From: Macrostomum lignano
Lineage: Eukaryota
DNA length: 64,000 bases
Assembly (NCBI GenBank): GCA_002269645.1
Contig: NIVC01002003.1
Span: 124,001-188,000, forward strand
Reading direction: 5' to 3'
Below the pieces are notes generated by a model. It saw nothing but the letters and a program-made list of their open reading frames with translations. It ran no database searches and was not told where the DNA came from. This document shows positions 1-13,618 of this stretch, in pieces (within the stretch, counting starts at the first letter, position 1; each line of letters begins with the position of its first letter). The translations under genes were made by a program, and so were the position numbers.

Positions 1-300
1 GACATCTCAGCAATTCCCCCAGTAAGCCTTGGCATCTCAGCAATTCCCCCAGTAAGCCTTGACATCTCAGCAATTCCCCCAGTAAGCCTTGACATCTCAG
101 CAATTCCCCCAGTAAGCCTTGAAATCTCAGAAATTCCCCCAGTAAGCCTTGACATCTCAGCAATTCCCCCAGTAAGCCTTGACATCTCAGCCATTCCCCA
201 GTAAGCCTTGAAATCTCAGCAATTCCCCCCAGTAAGCTTTGACATCGCAGCAATTATGCTTGAGTCTTGACATCAAAGCAATTTCCCACACCAGCCTTGA
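1..300. repeat. 30-bp minisatellite (GACATCTCAGCAATTCCCCCAGTAAGCCTT)n, decaying towards 300; truncated by window start
   Basis: About 8 near-perfect units followed by about 2 degenerate units, read directly. Confidence 0.95.
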
Positions 301-986
301 CATCTTAGCAATTCCCAGTGATTATTTTATGCTCGACAGGTAGCTTCTCTTATGGTTGACATGGTGATTCTTTTTCGCTTTTTCTTGCGTTGAGTCTATA
401 AGTTCTGTCCCGCATTTAGCAGTTCCTCATTTACTTTCAGTTCTCCTCAGTCGCCATCACTCTTATCCTCTAGCAGCAAATGCAGTCCAGCTCTTTTGTC
501 CCCTCTGCCTCTCTCTCCCATGTTTCTGTGCAACAGCCCTAACCCCGTTAAAGCAAGGAAATCGTTTTGCATAATTTATCCCCCCACCACTGTAGGAGAA
601 GTGGCCTTGTGGCGTGAGTAGACCTCTCAAAGAATTAGATAGTCCATCCATTTCATTCACAGGTAGCAGTATGAGTGATATGTTTTAGCAATAAAAACGC
701 ACATATACAAGCTTTGGATAGGCATGTCAGAAGGACAGGAGACTCAAGGGGGAGACAAACGGGACTGGGGTAACTTTGGTGCGTTTTTTTTCCAAAATAC
801 TTGAGTCATAGTTGATTCTTTTTCACATTTTTTGTGGTAATTCACATGCGTTAACTGAATTATTATTTTTTAATGCTAAACTGCGTTTTTTTGGAAGGCA
901 GCTTTTGATGTTTTGCGCTGGTTATACTAAATCAATAGCTTCTGTCAGAAGGACATGCAACTGGTGTTCTCAGTGCCAAGCTTGGT

Positions 987-2542
<1,556 letters not shown>

Positions 2543-3217
2543 GTCAGCAAAGATTTTCACTAGTTTTACCGAAAAATTGCCGTCCGGTTCATCAGAACAG
2601 ACAAGGCGATTTGAGCGCAACAAAGAAGCAGCAGACAGACGAACTGATGGAAAAAGTTAAGCCAGCGGAAGGAAAGTCAATTCATGGTGTATACCGCTAA
2701 TGACCAACCAACTTGCTGCTGTCAATCCGCGATGATGCAGTGTGCTGCTAGTTGGCGTGTAAGATTTTCCATCTGCCACCGAAGTCATCCAGGCGGCATG
2801 AATCTTGGGCGCATCATTCATTAGATTTGACCATTTGCAATCCTATGGAGAGAAATCTGTTAACAATTTTGTTTTACTATACCCAGAAAATAGAAGCTGT
2901 GATGAGCTTGCTTTAAAAGACGAAGATTTCTCTTGCACAAAGACGACACAATCTTCTAAAAGAAGCAAAAGCAGGGGGACGTTGCCAGTCATTTTCTACT
3001 CGCACTTCTTTCGCCTCTCATTTCCTGTAATTTTCTTACCTCTCAGGAAGTCGTCACTGATCCTTTCTGACCTAATTGGTTAAGTGGCTTCTGGTCTTTG
3101 ATTAACAAAAGCAAATTTTCTTAAAAGCTTCGCAAATGCTTTTTTCTAATTTCTTGGCTTGAGCCTTCTAGTTGCTTTAAAACACCTTAAAGGAGGCTCA
3201 CACAGGATGTACAGCGG

Positions 3218-4886
3218 ATGAGGCGCCATCTCGAAAATGAAATGAGGCGCCATCTCAAATAGAAATGAGGCGCCATCTCGAAAATGAAATGAGGCGCCAT
3301 CTCAAATAGAAATGAGGTGCCATCTCGAAAATGAAATGAGGCGCCATCTCGAAAACGAAATGAGGCGTCATCTCGAAAAGGAAATGAGGCGCCATCTCAA
3401 ATAGAAATGAGGCGTCATCTCGAAATAGAAATGAGGCGCCATCTCAAATAGAAATGAGGCGCCATCTCGAAATGATATGAGGCGCCATCTCGAATAGAAA
3501 TGAGGCGCCATCTCAAATAGAAATGATGCGCCATCTCGAAAACGAAATGAGGCGTCATCTCGAAAAGGAAATGAGGCGCCATCTCAAATAGAAATGAGGC
3601 GCCATCTCGAAATAGAAATGAGGCGCCATCTCAAATAGAAATGAGGTGCCATCTCGAAAATGAAATGAGGCGCCATCTCAAATAGAAATGAGGCGCCATC
3701 TCGAAATGATGAGGCGCCATCTCAAATAGAAATGAGGCGCCATCTAGAAAATGAAATGAGGCGTCATCTCGAAAAGGAAATGAGGCACCATCTCGAAAAT
3801 GAAATGAGGCGCCATCTCAAAAAATTAAATGAGGCGCCATCTCAAATAGAAATGAGGCGCCATCTCGAAATAGAAATGAGGCGCCATCTCAAATAGAAAT
3901 GAGGCGCCATCTCAAAAAGAATTGAGGCGCCATCTCAAATAGAAATGAGGCGCCATCTCGAAATGATATGAGGCGCCATCTCGAATAGAAATGAGGCGCC
4001 ATCTCAAATAGAAATGATGCGCCATCTCGAAAACGAAATGAGGCGTCATCTCGAAAAGGAAATGAGGCGCCATCTCAAATAGAAATGAGGCGCCATCTCG
4101 AAATGATATGAGGCGCCATCTCGAATAGAAATGAGGCGCCATCTCAAATAGAAATGATGCGCCATCTCGAAAACGAAATGAGGCGTCATCTCGAAAAGGA
4201 AATGAGGCGCCATCTCAAATAGAAATGAGGCGCCATCTCGAAATAGAAATGAGGCGCCATCTCAAATAGAAATGAGGTGCCATCTCGAAAATGAAATGAG
4301 GCGCCATCTCAAATAGAAATGAGGCGCCATCTCGAAATGATGAGGCGCCATCTCAAATAGAAATGAGGCGCCATCTAGAAAATGAAATGAGGCGTCATCT
4401 CGAAAAGGAAATGAGGCACCATCTCGAAAATGAAATGAGGCGCCATCTCAAAATGAAATGAGGCGCCATCTCAAATAGAAATGAGGCGCCATCTCAAATA
4501 GAAATGAGGCGCCATCTCGAAAATTAAATGAGGCACCATCTCAAATAGAAATGAGGCGCCATCTCGAAAACGAAATGAGGCGTCATCTCGAAAAGGAAAT
4601 GAGGCACCATCTCGAAAATGAAATGAGGCGCCATCTCGAAAATGAAATGAGGCGCCATCTCAAATAAAAATGAGGCGCCATCTTGAAAATGAAATGAGGC
4701 GCCATCTCAAAATGAAAAGAGGCACCATCTCAAAATGAAATGAGGCGCCATCTCAAAATGAAATGAGGCGCCATCTCAAAATGAAAAGAGGCACCATCTC
4801 AAAATGAAATGAGGCGCCATCTCAAAATGAAAAGAGGCACCATCTCAAAATGAAATGAGGCGCCATCTCAAAATGAAAAGAGGTGC
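3218..4886. repeat. 23/24-bp minisatellite (ATGAGGCGCCATCTCAAATAGAA)n
   Basis: About 70 tandem units, each with TGAG-GCGCCAT-CTCA internal symmetry. Confidence 0.95.
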
Positions 4887-5039
4887 CCCTCCGCAGAGAC
4901 GCTATGAAAAGTCCTGGCTTCGACCCAGATAATTCCAATCCGGCAAAAATTCTGGGTCAAATTATCCATGCTTATTGGCACTGCTGCATATTGATTCCCA
5001 CAGTCACACATCGAAAAATCATTATTAATGCAGAGCCGT

Positions 5040-5350
5040 ATGCTTTTTTTTCTTCCTTCAAAGCCGAGCTCGAAGCTTTTTCTTCTTCAGCCAAAGCAAC
5101 AAAGCAGCTGGGTCACGCCAGGCTTTTTCTGCCTAAAGTAAATGCTTCTAAAAGAAGAGCCACAAGCCAAGCAGATAAGCAGGAAAATTTTGACAGGATG
5201 ACGTGGCCTGCAAGACCTCCTTCATCTGCCACCCACTTCTTCACTCGGTCACGAAAGTCTCCGGAGAGCCTCACGGTAGCTCAGCTCTGGACTTCTAGCT
5301 GGGCGGTTGTCCCAAGCTATTTGCAAACTGCTGGCTATTCGAGAGTCAAT
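5040..5350 (-). mobile_element. Possible decayed CR1/L2-type LINE 3' remnant
   Basis: Minus-strand frame reads PELSYREALRRLS*PSEEVGGR*RRSCRPRHPVKIF, loosely resembling the Y.ERL..L.L.SL..RR.R.DL...KI C-terminal motif of CR1-like ORF2. Contains stops; weak. Confidence 0.3.
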
Positions 5351-5559
5351 CTGTAGGAGAATTGGTGGGACCTGCTGTCTTATGGGACTTGGTTGTTGAG
5401 GAGTTTAATCATGCACTACTGCGGTGGCTTTTCTAAGTAATAAGAACTTTCACAGATTCAGAATCTGATTCGAAGTGCAGTCACATTAATTTGGGACTAA
5501 ATTGGAATCTCGGCTTGGCTCTGCTCGTGCAATTAACAATGTCCTTGAGGGCCAACCCC

Positions 5560-5730
5560 TAAGGCACAGTGAAGTGTACATATCTGTGTGAGTGTGTGCC
5601 TGTGCGTATGACTGCGTACGTATCCGCGCGCTTGTGTGCCTGCTCAGGGGAGTCGGCGGAATGGGCAGAGCAATGCCTCTCGCTTAAAGTGCGCCAGGGT
5701 GCACACAGCCCTCTGATTGTAATAAAAAGT
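5560..5730 (+). repeat. Dispersed repeat; second copy inverted at ~18310-18470
   Basis: Reverse complement GAGGCATTGCTCTGCCCATTCCGCCGACTCCCCTGAGCAGGCACACAAG aligns by eye to 18311 GAGGCAATTCTGCCCATTTCGCTGACTCCCTGAGCACACACAAG. Ends in AATAAAAAG. Confidence 0.7.
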
Positions 5731-5838
5731 GATCTTCCGGCATGTACAGTGTACACTCACCACTCTCCTGCATGAAATCGAACCAGTCATCACTACGCCT
5801 CGAACACCCCGCAGTGTCGCCAGGAGAGACTTTCCTAG

Positions 5839-6661
5839 GCGTCCGAAACGTCATCCTGATGGGTGGCACTGCGCACGCCCCCTGGGCTACCAGCCCGTTC
5901 TTCCAGTTCTTCTCCGAACGCCTCCTGAATCGACTCAACCTCAGCTCCATAGCAACCGACGAGTCTCTGATGTCCCGGATGCGTCACCTATCAGTCGGTC
6001 GGATCCTGGAAGCCGAACTGGCGATACCGTCGTTAAAATACGCCAGCCGACTCGGCCCTGTGGCCTCCGAGAGCGGCTTCTTCTCAAACAACGTAGCCGT
6101 TGAGCTGGCAGCTCGAGAGGCCGGACTGAACGGCGCGAACCTTCTAGTGGGATTCGGCCGGCACTCCGGCCAGCATTTGATCTCCGAGCTCTACTTGAAC
6201 TCCGGCATGGACTCGGCTGAGTTCGATCGGGTATTGCGAACGCTGGTGCATCAAACGTTCCGCTATCGGCAGCAGATTTTGCTAGACGTTTTGGCCAATC
6301 ATTATTCCGACGCCGGGGTGCCTCGTCGGGGCGGCTCGGCTCAGGCCTCGCTAGCCAGACGATGCGTCGATCTGCTCACCGATGCACTTTTTGCTGCTCC
6401 CAGCCTCAGAACTGCTCAGCTGCACGCCAGGACCAGCGGCTCGGCTACCTACGCTTACGTGTTCGGCTATGCTTCATCAGTGCCGCAGCATCAGCGCTGG
6501 GCTGGCGGAGTCTGGACTGACGACCTCGCCTTCGTTCTGGGGGCTCCGCTGCTGTCCAACGAGCAGCACCCGTTGGCGCCGTGGTCGGGGAGCTACCTGC
6601 TGGAGGACCGGATGCTTGCCGAGGCCAGCATGCGGTATTTTGGAAATTTTGCCACCTCTGG
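5839..6661 (+). CDS. nlgn: Neuroligin exon (cholinesterase-like domain, C-terminal half); 5' boundary tentative, upstream exons not found in window
   Basis: VILMGGTAHAPWA, FTDALFAAP-like LTDALFAAP, TYAYVF, DDLAFVLGAP and EDRMLAEASMRYFGNFATSG match type-B carboxylesterase/neuroligin motifs. Acceptor TTTCCTAG at 5838 is tentative; donor GG|GTGAGT at 6662, phase 2. Confidence 0.85.
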
Positions 6662-7420
6662 GTGAGTAGTATATGGTAGTAGTATTTGTTTCCGCTCTTT
6701 TTCTGTGGCTGTTTTAGAAAATTGGCGGAATTGATATTTCTTTCTAAGAAATGTTTGTTTATTCGCTGTCTTTCTACAAAAGTATTTGAATCCGTCTCAG
6801 TTAAAAAACTATTTTCTAAGAATTATTGAAATTTCTTCCGGTTGAATCGCTTTTTAAGAACGTTTTTCTCTAAGCATTTTCAGGCATTTTAAGAAACTTC
6901 AGTGGGTTTCGGTTCATACATTTTTTAGGAGCGAAACTCTTCGTGTAGTTATAGCTCGTAACTTCAGTTTCTAAGAAACGTTCAGTGAGCTTCAAGCGTG
7001 AATCATTTTTTCTAGGAAATTTCTCTTGGTCCTATTTGCTCGAGCAGGTTTCTGCAGCATTTAATAGTCCTATTTAGCTTCTTTCTAAGAAATATTAGTC
7101 TTGTTCCGTCCGACTGTCTTTCTAGGAAAGTTTGTAAGATTCTTGCATTATCTACGGATCGGTGGTTTTAAAAAGGCGCAAAATCCGGCCTTTTAATAGC
7201 AGAAGGTAATTACTGTAATTTCATCATAAAACTCGATGATTTGCTATCGCCGATGATATCTATTCAGTCATTTCTGTGTCAGACTCTTTAATCATATGGT
7301 CTGTAGGTCTGTAGGGCGTGGCTTCGCTCAAAAAAGGAATGTGCTTAAGTATATGCCTTCCTGTATGTTTATCTATCAAAAAGTATATTCAGATACCTGA
7401 TCCACCCGTCATGCTTCCAG

Positions 7421-7536
7421 AAATCCAAACAGCCCTTTGAATCAAACTTCAAAATTTGGAGGTCACATAACCAATCGGTTTGTTGGAGTCACGTGGCCTG
7501 CGTTCACAGCCCAATCTGAGAGCTACCTGTATATTG
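7421..7536 (+). CDS. nlgn: Neuroligin exon (absent from ORF track)
   Basis: CTTCCAG acceptor, phase 2 in and phase 1 out (G|GTGAG). Reads (G)NPNSPLNQTSKFGGHITNRFVGVTWPAFTAQSESYLYI, matching neuroligin GDPNQP..TKF.H...NRFEEVAW..Y.....YL.I. Confidence 0.9.
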
Positions 7537-7624
7537 GTGAGGCTTCTGCTTAGCGTTACATCTAGCTTCACTATCGCGTGCTGACTACTGATAATGAGTA
7601 GCATTGCAGGATTAAGATCTCCCA

Positions 7625-10225
7625 TAGATCCCCATTCTCTCGGATCCCAATCCCAATTCCACAGATCGCAATCCCACAGTTCCCAATGCCACAGATCCCA
7701 TTCCCACAGATCCCAATCCCACAGATTCCATTCCCACAGATCCCAATCCCACAGATCCCAATCCCACAAATTCCATTCCCACAGATCCCAATCCCACAGA
7801 TCCCAATCCCACAGATCCCAATCCCACAGATCCCAATCCCACAGATCCCAATGCCACAGATCCCAATCCCACAGATTCCAATCCCCAGATCCCAATCCCA
7901 CAGATCCCAATCGCACAGATCCCAATCCCACAGATCCTATCTCACAGATCCTATCTCACAGATCCCAATCCCACAGATCCAATCCCACAGATCCTATCTC
8001 ACAGATCCTATCTCACAGATCCCAATCCCACAGATCCCAATCCCACAGATCCTATCTCACAGATCCTATCTCACAGATCCCAATCCCACAGATCCCAATC
8101 CCACAGATCCCAATCCCACAGATCCTATCTCACAGATCCTAATCCCACAGATCCCAATCCCACAGATCCCAATCCCACAGATCCCAATCCCAATCCCACA
8201 GATCCCAATCCCAATCCCACAGATCCCAATCCCAATCCCACAGATCCCAATCCCACAGATCCCAATCCCACAGATCCCAATCCCACAGATCCCAATCCTA
8301 ATCCCACAGATCCCAATCCCACAGATCCTATCTCACAGATCCTAATCCCACAGATCCCAATCCCACAGATCCCAATCCCAATCCCACAGATCCCAATCCC
8401 AATCCCACAGATTCCAATCCCACAGATTCCAATCCCACAGATCCCAATCCCACAGATCCCAATCCCACAGATCCCAATCCCACAGATCCCAATCCCACAG
8501 ATTCCAATCCCAATCCCACAGATCCCAATCCCAATCCCACAGATCCCAATCCCAATCCCACAGATCCCAATCTCACAGATCCCAATCCCACAGATCCCAA
8601 TCCCACAGATCACAATCCCAATCCCACAGATCCCAATCCCACAGATTCCAATCCCCCAGATTCCAATCCCCCAGATCCCAATCCCCCAGATCCCAATCCC
8701 CCAGATCCCAATCCCCCAGATCCCAATCCCCCAGATCCCAATCCCCCAGATCCCAATCCCCCAGATCCCAATCCCACAGATCCCATCCCCACAGATCCCA
8801 TCCCCACAGATCCTAATCCCACAGATCCCATCCCCACAGATCTCATCCCCACAGATCCCATCCCCACAGATCTCATCCCTACAGATCCTAATCCCACAGA
8901 TCCCAATCCCACAGATTCCAATCCCAATCCCACAGATCCCAATCCCACAGATTCCAATCCCACAGATCCTATCTCACAGATCCCAATCACAAATCCAAAT
9001 CCCACAGATACCATCTCACAGATCCCAATCACACAGATCCCAATCACACAGATCACAATCCCACAGATCCCAATCCCACAGATCCTATCTGACAGATCCC
9101 AATCCCACAGATCCAATCCCACAGATCCTATCTCACAGATCCCAATCCCACAGATCCCAATCCCACAGATCCCAATCCCACAGATCCCAATCCCACAGAT
9201 CTCAATCCCACAGATCCCAATCCCACAGATCCCAATCCCACAGATCCCAGTCCCACAGATCTTAATCCCACAGATTCCAATCCCAATCCCACAGATCCCA
9301 ATTCCAATCCCACAGATCCCAATCCCAATCCCACAGATCCCAATCCCACCGATTCCAATCCCAATCCCACAGATCCCAATCCCAATCCCACAGATCCCAA
9401 TCCCACAGATTCCAATCCCACAGATTCCAATCCCACAGATCCCAATCCCACAGATTCCAATCCCACAGATTCCAATCCCACAGATCCCAATCCCACAGAT
9501 TCCAATCCCACAGATTCCAATCCCACAGATTCCAATCCCAATCCCACAGATCCCAATCCCCCAGATCCCAATCCCACAGATTCCAATCCCACAGATCCCA
9601 ATCCCACAGATTCCAATCCCACAGATTCCAATCCCACAGATTCCAATCCCAATCCCACAGATTCCAATCCCAATCCCACAGATCCCAATCCCACAGATCC
9701 CAATCCCACAGATTCCAATCCCACAGATCCCAATCCCACAGATTCCAATCCCACAGATTCCAATCCCACAGATTCCAATCCCAATCCCACAGATTCCAAT
9801 CCCAATCCCACAGATCCCAATCCCACAGATCCCAATCCCACAGATCCCAATCCCACAGATTCCAATCCCACAGATCCCAATCCCACAGATTCCAATCCCA
9901 CAGATTCCAATCCCACAGATCCCAATCCCACAGATCCCAATCCCACAGATCCCAATCCCACAGATTCCAATCCCACAGATCCCAATCCCACAGATTCCAA
10001 TCCCACAGATTCCAATCCCACAGATCCCAATCCCACAGATCCCAATCCCACAGATCCCATCCCCACAGATCCCAATCCCACAGATTCCATTCCCGCAGAT
10101 CCCAATTCCAATCCCACAGATCCCAATCCCACAGATCCCAATCCCACAGATCCCATCCCCACAGATCCCAATCCCACAGATCCCATTCCCGCAGATCCCA
10201 ATTCCAATCCCACAGATCCCAATAC
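7625..10225. repeat. 15-bp minisatellite (CAGATCCCAATCCCA)n filling neuroligin intron 7537-10296
   Basis: About 2.6 kb array with 21-bp and GATTCC/GATCCTATCT variants. Confidence 0.97.
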
Positions 10226-10296
10226 CACAGATTCCGTTGAAAAAAACTTGATCCTAATTTCTGAATCGACGCCATCCGAACTCCCCATCGCGGCAG

Positions 10297-10640
10297 ACAA
10301 AGGCTCCACAGAGGCGATGCGCAGCCACTACGAGCCCCGCACCATGAGCCTGTGGAACCGCCTGCTGCCGGCGCTTCACCAGGACGAAGGCCTGCCAGCC
10401 AGTTATCACGTGCTCAAGGACCTTCGCAACGTATCTCTGTTCGAAGCCGAGGCGGCCCTCATCGATTTGAAAACGAAATTTTCCACCCCTGCGCTGGTGG
10501 CTCCTCGGGCGAGGCCGACGCCGTCGCCCATCGCCCTGCCACCGAGGGCGGCGTCCGCAGCCTCAGCGGGTGACGCGGACAGCTGGCGGCAGAAGCCCGC
10601 GTCCTGGTGGCGAGACAGCCGACCGGATGGAACCGCGCAG
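10297..10640 (+). CDS. nlgn: Neuroligin exon (second dimerisation helix plus Pro/Ala-rich stalk)
   Basis: Phase-1 acceptor (GCAG at 10296, or alternative AAAG at 10302). MRSHYEPRTMSLWNRLLPALHQ corresponds to neuroligin HYR..KV..W..L.P.LH. Donor CAG|GTGCGA, phase 0. Confidence 0.85.
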
Positions 10641-10654
10641 GTGCGATGATCCTT

Positions 10655-10666
10655 GATTAGTTAGTC

Positions 10667-10697
<31 letters not shown>

Positions 10698-11477
10698 CAG
10701 TTAGTTAGTTAGTTAGTTAGTTACTTAGTTAGTCAGTTAGTTAGTCAGTTAGTTAGTTATTTAGTTAGTCAGTCAGTCAGTTAGTCTGTTAGTTAGTTTA
10801 GTTAGTTAGTTAGTCTGTTAGTTAGTTAGTTAGTTAGTTAGTTAGTCTGTTAGTTAGTTAGTTAGTCTGTTAGTTAGTTAGTTAGTCTGTTAGTTAGTTT
10901 AGTTAGTTAGTTAGTCTGTTAGTTAGTTTAGTTAGTTAGTTAGTCTGTTAGTTAGTTAGTTAGTCTGTTAGTTAGTTTAGTTAGCTAGTTAGTCTGTTAG
11001 TTAGTTTAGTTAGTTAGTTAGTCTGTTAGTTAGTTAGTTAGTCTGTTAGTTAGTTTAGTTAGTTAGTTAGTCTGTTAGTTAGTTTAGTTAGTTAGTTAGT
11101 CTGTTAGTTAGTTAGTTAGTCTGTTAGTTAGTTTAGTTAGTTAGTTAGTCTGTTAGTTAGTTAGTTAGTTAGTTAGTCTGTTAGTTAGTTTAGTTAGTTA
11201 GTTAGTCTGTTAGTTAGTTAGTTAGTCTGTTAGTTAGTTTAGTTAGTTAGTTAGTCTGTTAGTCTGTTAGTTAGTTTAGTTAGTTAGTTAGTCTGTTAGT
11301 CTGTTAGTTAGTTAGTTAGTCTGTTAGTTAGTTTAGTTAGTTAGTTAGTCTGTTAGTTAGTTAGTTAGTCAGTTAGTCAGTTAGTTAGTTAGTTAGTCTG
11401 TTAGTTAGTTTAGTTAGTTAGTTAGTCTGTTAGTTAGTTAGTTAGTCAGTTAGTTAGTTTAGTTAGTTAGTTAGTCT

Positions 11478-11509
<32 letters not shown>

Positions 11510-11562
11510 CTTAGTTAGTCAGTTAGTTAGTCAGTTAGTTAGTTTAGTTAGTTAGTTAGTCT

Positions 11563-11594
<32 letters not shown>

Positions 11595-11687
11595 CTTAGT
11601 TAGTCAGTTAGTTAGTCAGTTAGTCAGTTAGTTAGTCAGTTAGTTAGTTAGTTAGTCTGTTAGTTAGTTTAGTTAGTTAGTTAGTCT

Positions 11688-11719
<32 letters not shown>

Positions 11720-11921
11720 CTTAGTTAGTCAGTTAGTTAGTCAGTTAGTTAGTTTAGTTAGTTAGTTAGTCTGTTAGTTAGTTAGTTAGTTAGTTACTTA
11801 GTTAGTCAGTTAGTTAGTCAGTTAGTTAGTTATTTAGTTAGTCAGTTAGTCAGTTAGTCAGTTAGTTAGTCAGTTAGTTAGTTAGTTAGTCTGTTAGTTA
11901 GTTTAGTTAGTTAGTTAGTCT

Positions 11922-11953
<32 letters not shown>

Positions 11954-12006
11954 CTTAGTTAGTCAGTTAGTTAGTCAGTTAGTTAGTTTAGTTAGTTAGT
12001 TAGTCT

Positions 12007-12038
<32 letters not shown>

Positions 12039-12240
12039 CTTAGTTAGTCAGTTAGTTAGTCAGTTAGTTAGTTTAGTTAGTTAGTTAGTCTGTTAGTTAG
12101 TTAGTTAGTTAGTTACTTAGTTAGTCAGTTAGTTAGTCAGTTAGTTAGTTATTTAGTTAGTCAGTTAGTCAGTTAGTCAGTTAGTTAGTCAGTTAGTTAG
12201 TTAGTTAGTCTGTTAGTTAGTTTAGTTAGTTAGTTAGTCT

Positions 12241-12272
<32 letters not shown>

Positions 12273-12325
12273 CTTAGTTAGTCAGTTAGTTAGTCAGTTA
12301 GTTAGTTTAGTTAGTTAGTTAGTCT

Positions 12326-12357
<32 letters not shown>

Positions 12358-12538
12358 CTTAGTTAGTCAGTTAGTTAGTCAGTTAGTTAGTTATTTAGTT
12401 AGTCAGTCAGTTAGTTAGTTAGTCTGTTAGTTAGTTAGTTAGTTAGTTAGTCTGTTAGTTAGTTAGTCAGTTAGTCAGTTAGTTAGTCAGTTAGTTAGTT
12501 AGTTAGTCTGTTAGTTAGTTTAGTTAGTTAGTTAGTCT

Positions 12539-12570
<32 letters not shown>

Positions 12571-12621
12571 CTTAGTTAGTCAGTTAGTTAGTCAGTTAGT
12601 TAGTTATTTAGTTAGTCAGTC

Positions 12622-12652
<31 letters not shown>

Positions 12653-12654
12653 CT

Positions 12655-12696
<42 letters not shown>

Positions 12697-12790
12697 CAGT
12701 TAGTTAGTTAGTCAGTCAGTCAGTCAGTCAGTCAGTCAGTCAGTCAGTCAGTCAGTCAGTCAGTCAGTGAGTCAGTGAGTCAGTCAGTTA
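10655..12790. repeat. (TTAG)n tetranucleotide array with TCTG/TCAG/TTAC interruptions, ending in (TCAG)n; fills neuroligin intron 10641-12889
   Basis: Read directly, about 2.1 kb. Confidence 0.97.
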
Positions 12791-12889
12791 TTCCCTGTGC
12801 GGTTCTTGTGGCAAAAGTTTTCTGATTTAACCCGGAGGTCCCGAGGTTCCAATTTCAGCAGCGCTCGCCCATTCGGATTTCTCTTGCAG

Positions 12890-13618
12890 GTGGCCGCCGG
12901 CAAGGACGGCAGTTCGTCGCGATCTGGCAGCAACTTCAACTGGGCCGAGGGTCCGTCGGTGGTTCAGTCGGGCGGCCCGGCCACCGAGTCTACGGCAGGC
13001 GCCGACGTGGGCCTCGGCGTTGTCGGAGTTAGTCGGCGAGGCACCGACGGTCACCGGGCTCTGGTCTGGACCATTGCAGCTGGCTGCGCTCTGCTTGTGC
13101 TCAACGTTCTGGTATTTTTCGGCATCTACTATCAGGTTGGAAGGCTGCGTTCGCGTCAACAACAACAACAACAACAACAGCAGCAGCAGCAGCAGCAGCA
13201 ACAGCGACTGCAACAACAGCAGCAACAACAGCAACAAAGCACTCTTAGGAATGGACGTCTGGCTTCCCAACCATCTCCAATGGGCTATACCAGCCTGCCA
13301 ACCAGCGAGTACGTTCTCCATCAGCAGCAGAAGCTTCAACAACAACAACAACAGCAACACCAGCAGCAGTTAGCATCGAACATCCAGCAACAGCAGCACA
13401 GAATGACTGCAGGCAGTTGGACTCTGCCTAATCGCAACCATCATCATCCCCAGGCACTCGCAACTGGCGTGAGCACTGCTCAACCAACCGCCACCATAGC
13501 AGCCTCCTCGGCAGCTAATTTGGCATTGAAGTATCGCGAGCTCAGCCCCGCCCACGCCGCCTTCAAGGTGGACGTAAACATACCCGAGGAGGATGGCGGC
13601 CAGACTACCATGGTCTGA
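12890..13618 (+). CDS. nlgn: Neuroligin last exon: TM helix, polyQ cytoplasmic tail, C-terminal PDZ-binding motif TTMV
   Basis: CTCTTGCAG acceptor, phase 0. LVWTIAAGCALLVLNVLVFFGIYY corresponds to neuroligin [24 protein letters not shown]. Ends ...GQTTMV* (vertebrate ...STTRV). Confidence 0.9.
   Translation: MAAGKDGSSSRSGSNFNWAEGPSVVQSGGPATESTAGADVGLGVVGVSRRGTDGHRALVWTIAAGCALLVLNVLVFFGIYYQVGRLRSRQQQQQQQQQQQQQQQQRLQQQQQQQQQSTLRNGRLASQPSPMGYTSLPTSEYVLHQQQKLQQQQQQQHQQQLASNIQQQQHRMTAGSWTLPNRNHHHPQALATGVSTAQPTATIAASSAANLALKYRELSPAHAAFKVDVNIPEEDGGQTTMV

Noticed and set aside
7449-10309. Long ORFs with WD, GLGSV, PQIPI or HRSQS repeats
   Set aside because: Translations of a 15-bp satellite lying inside a neuroligin intron; open in several frames on both strands.
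10655-12790. (TTAG)n as telomeric repeat
   Set aside because: Not TTAGGG or TTAGG, and it is intronic with coding exons on both sides.
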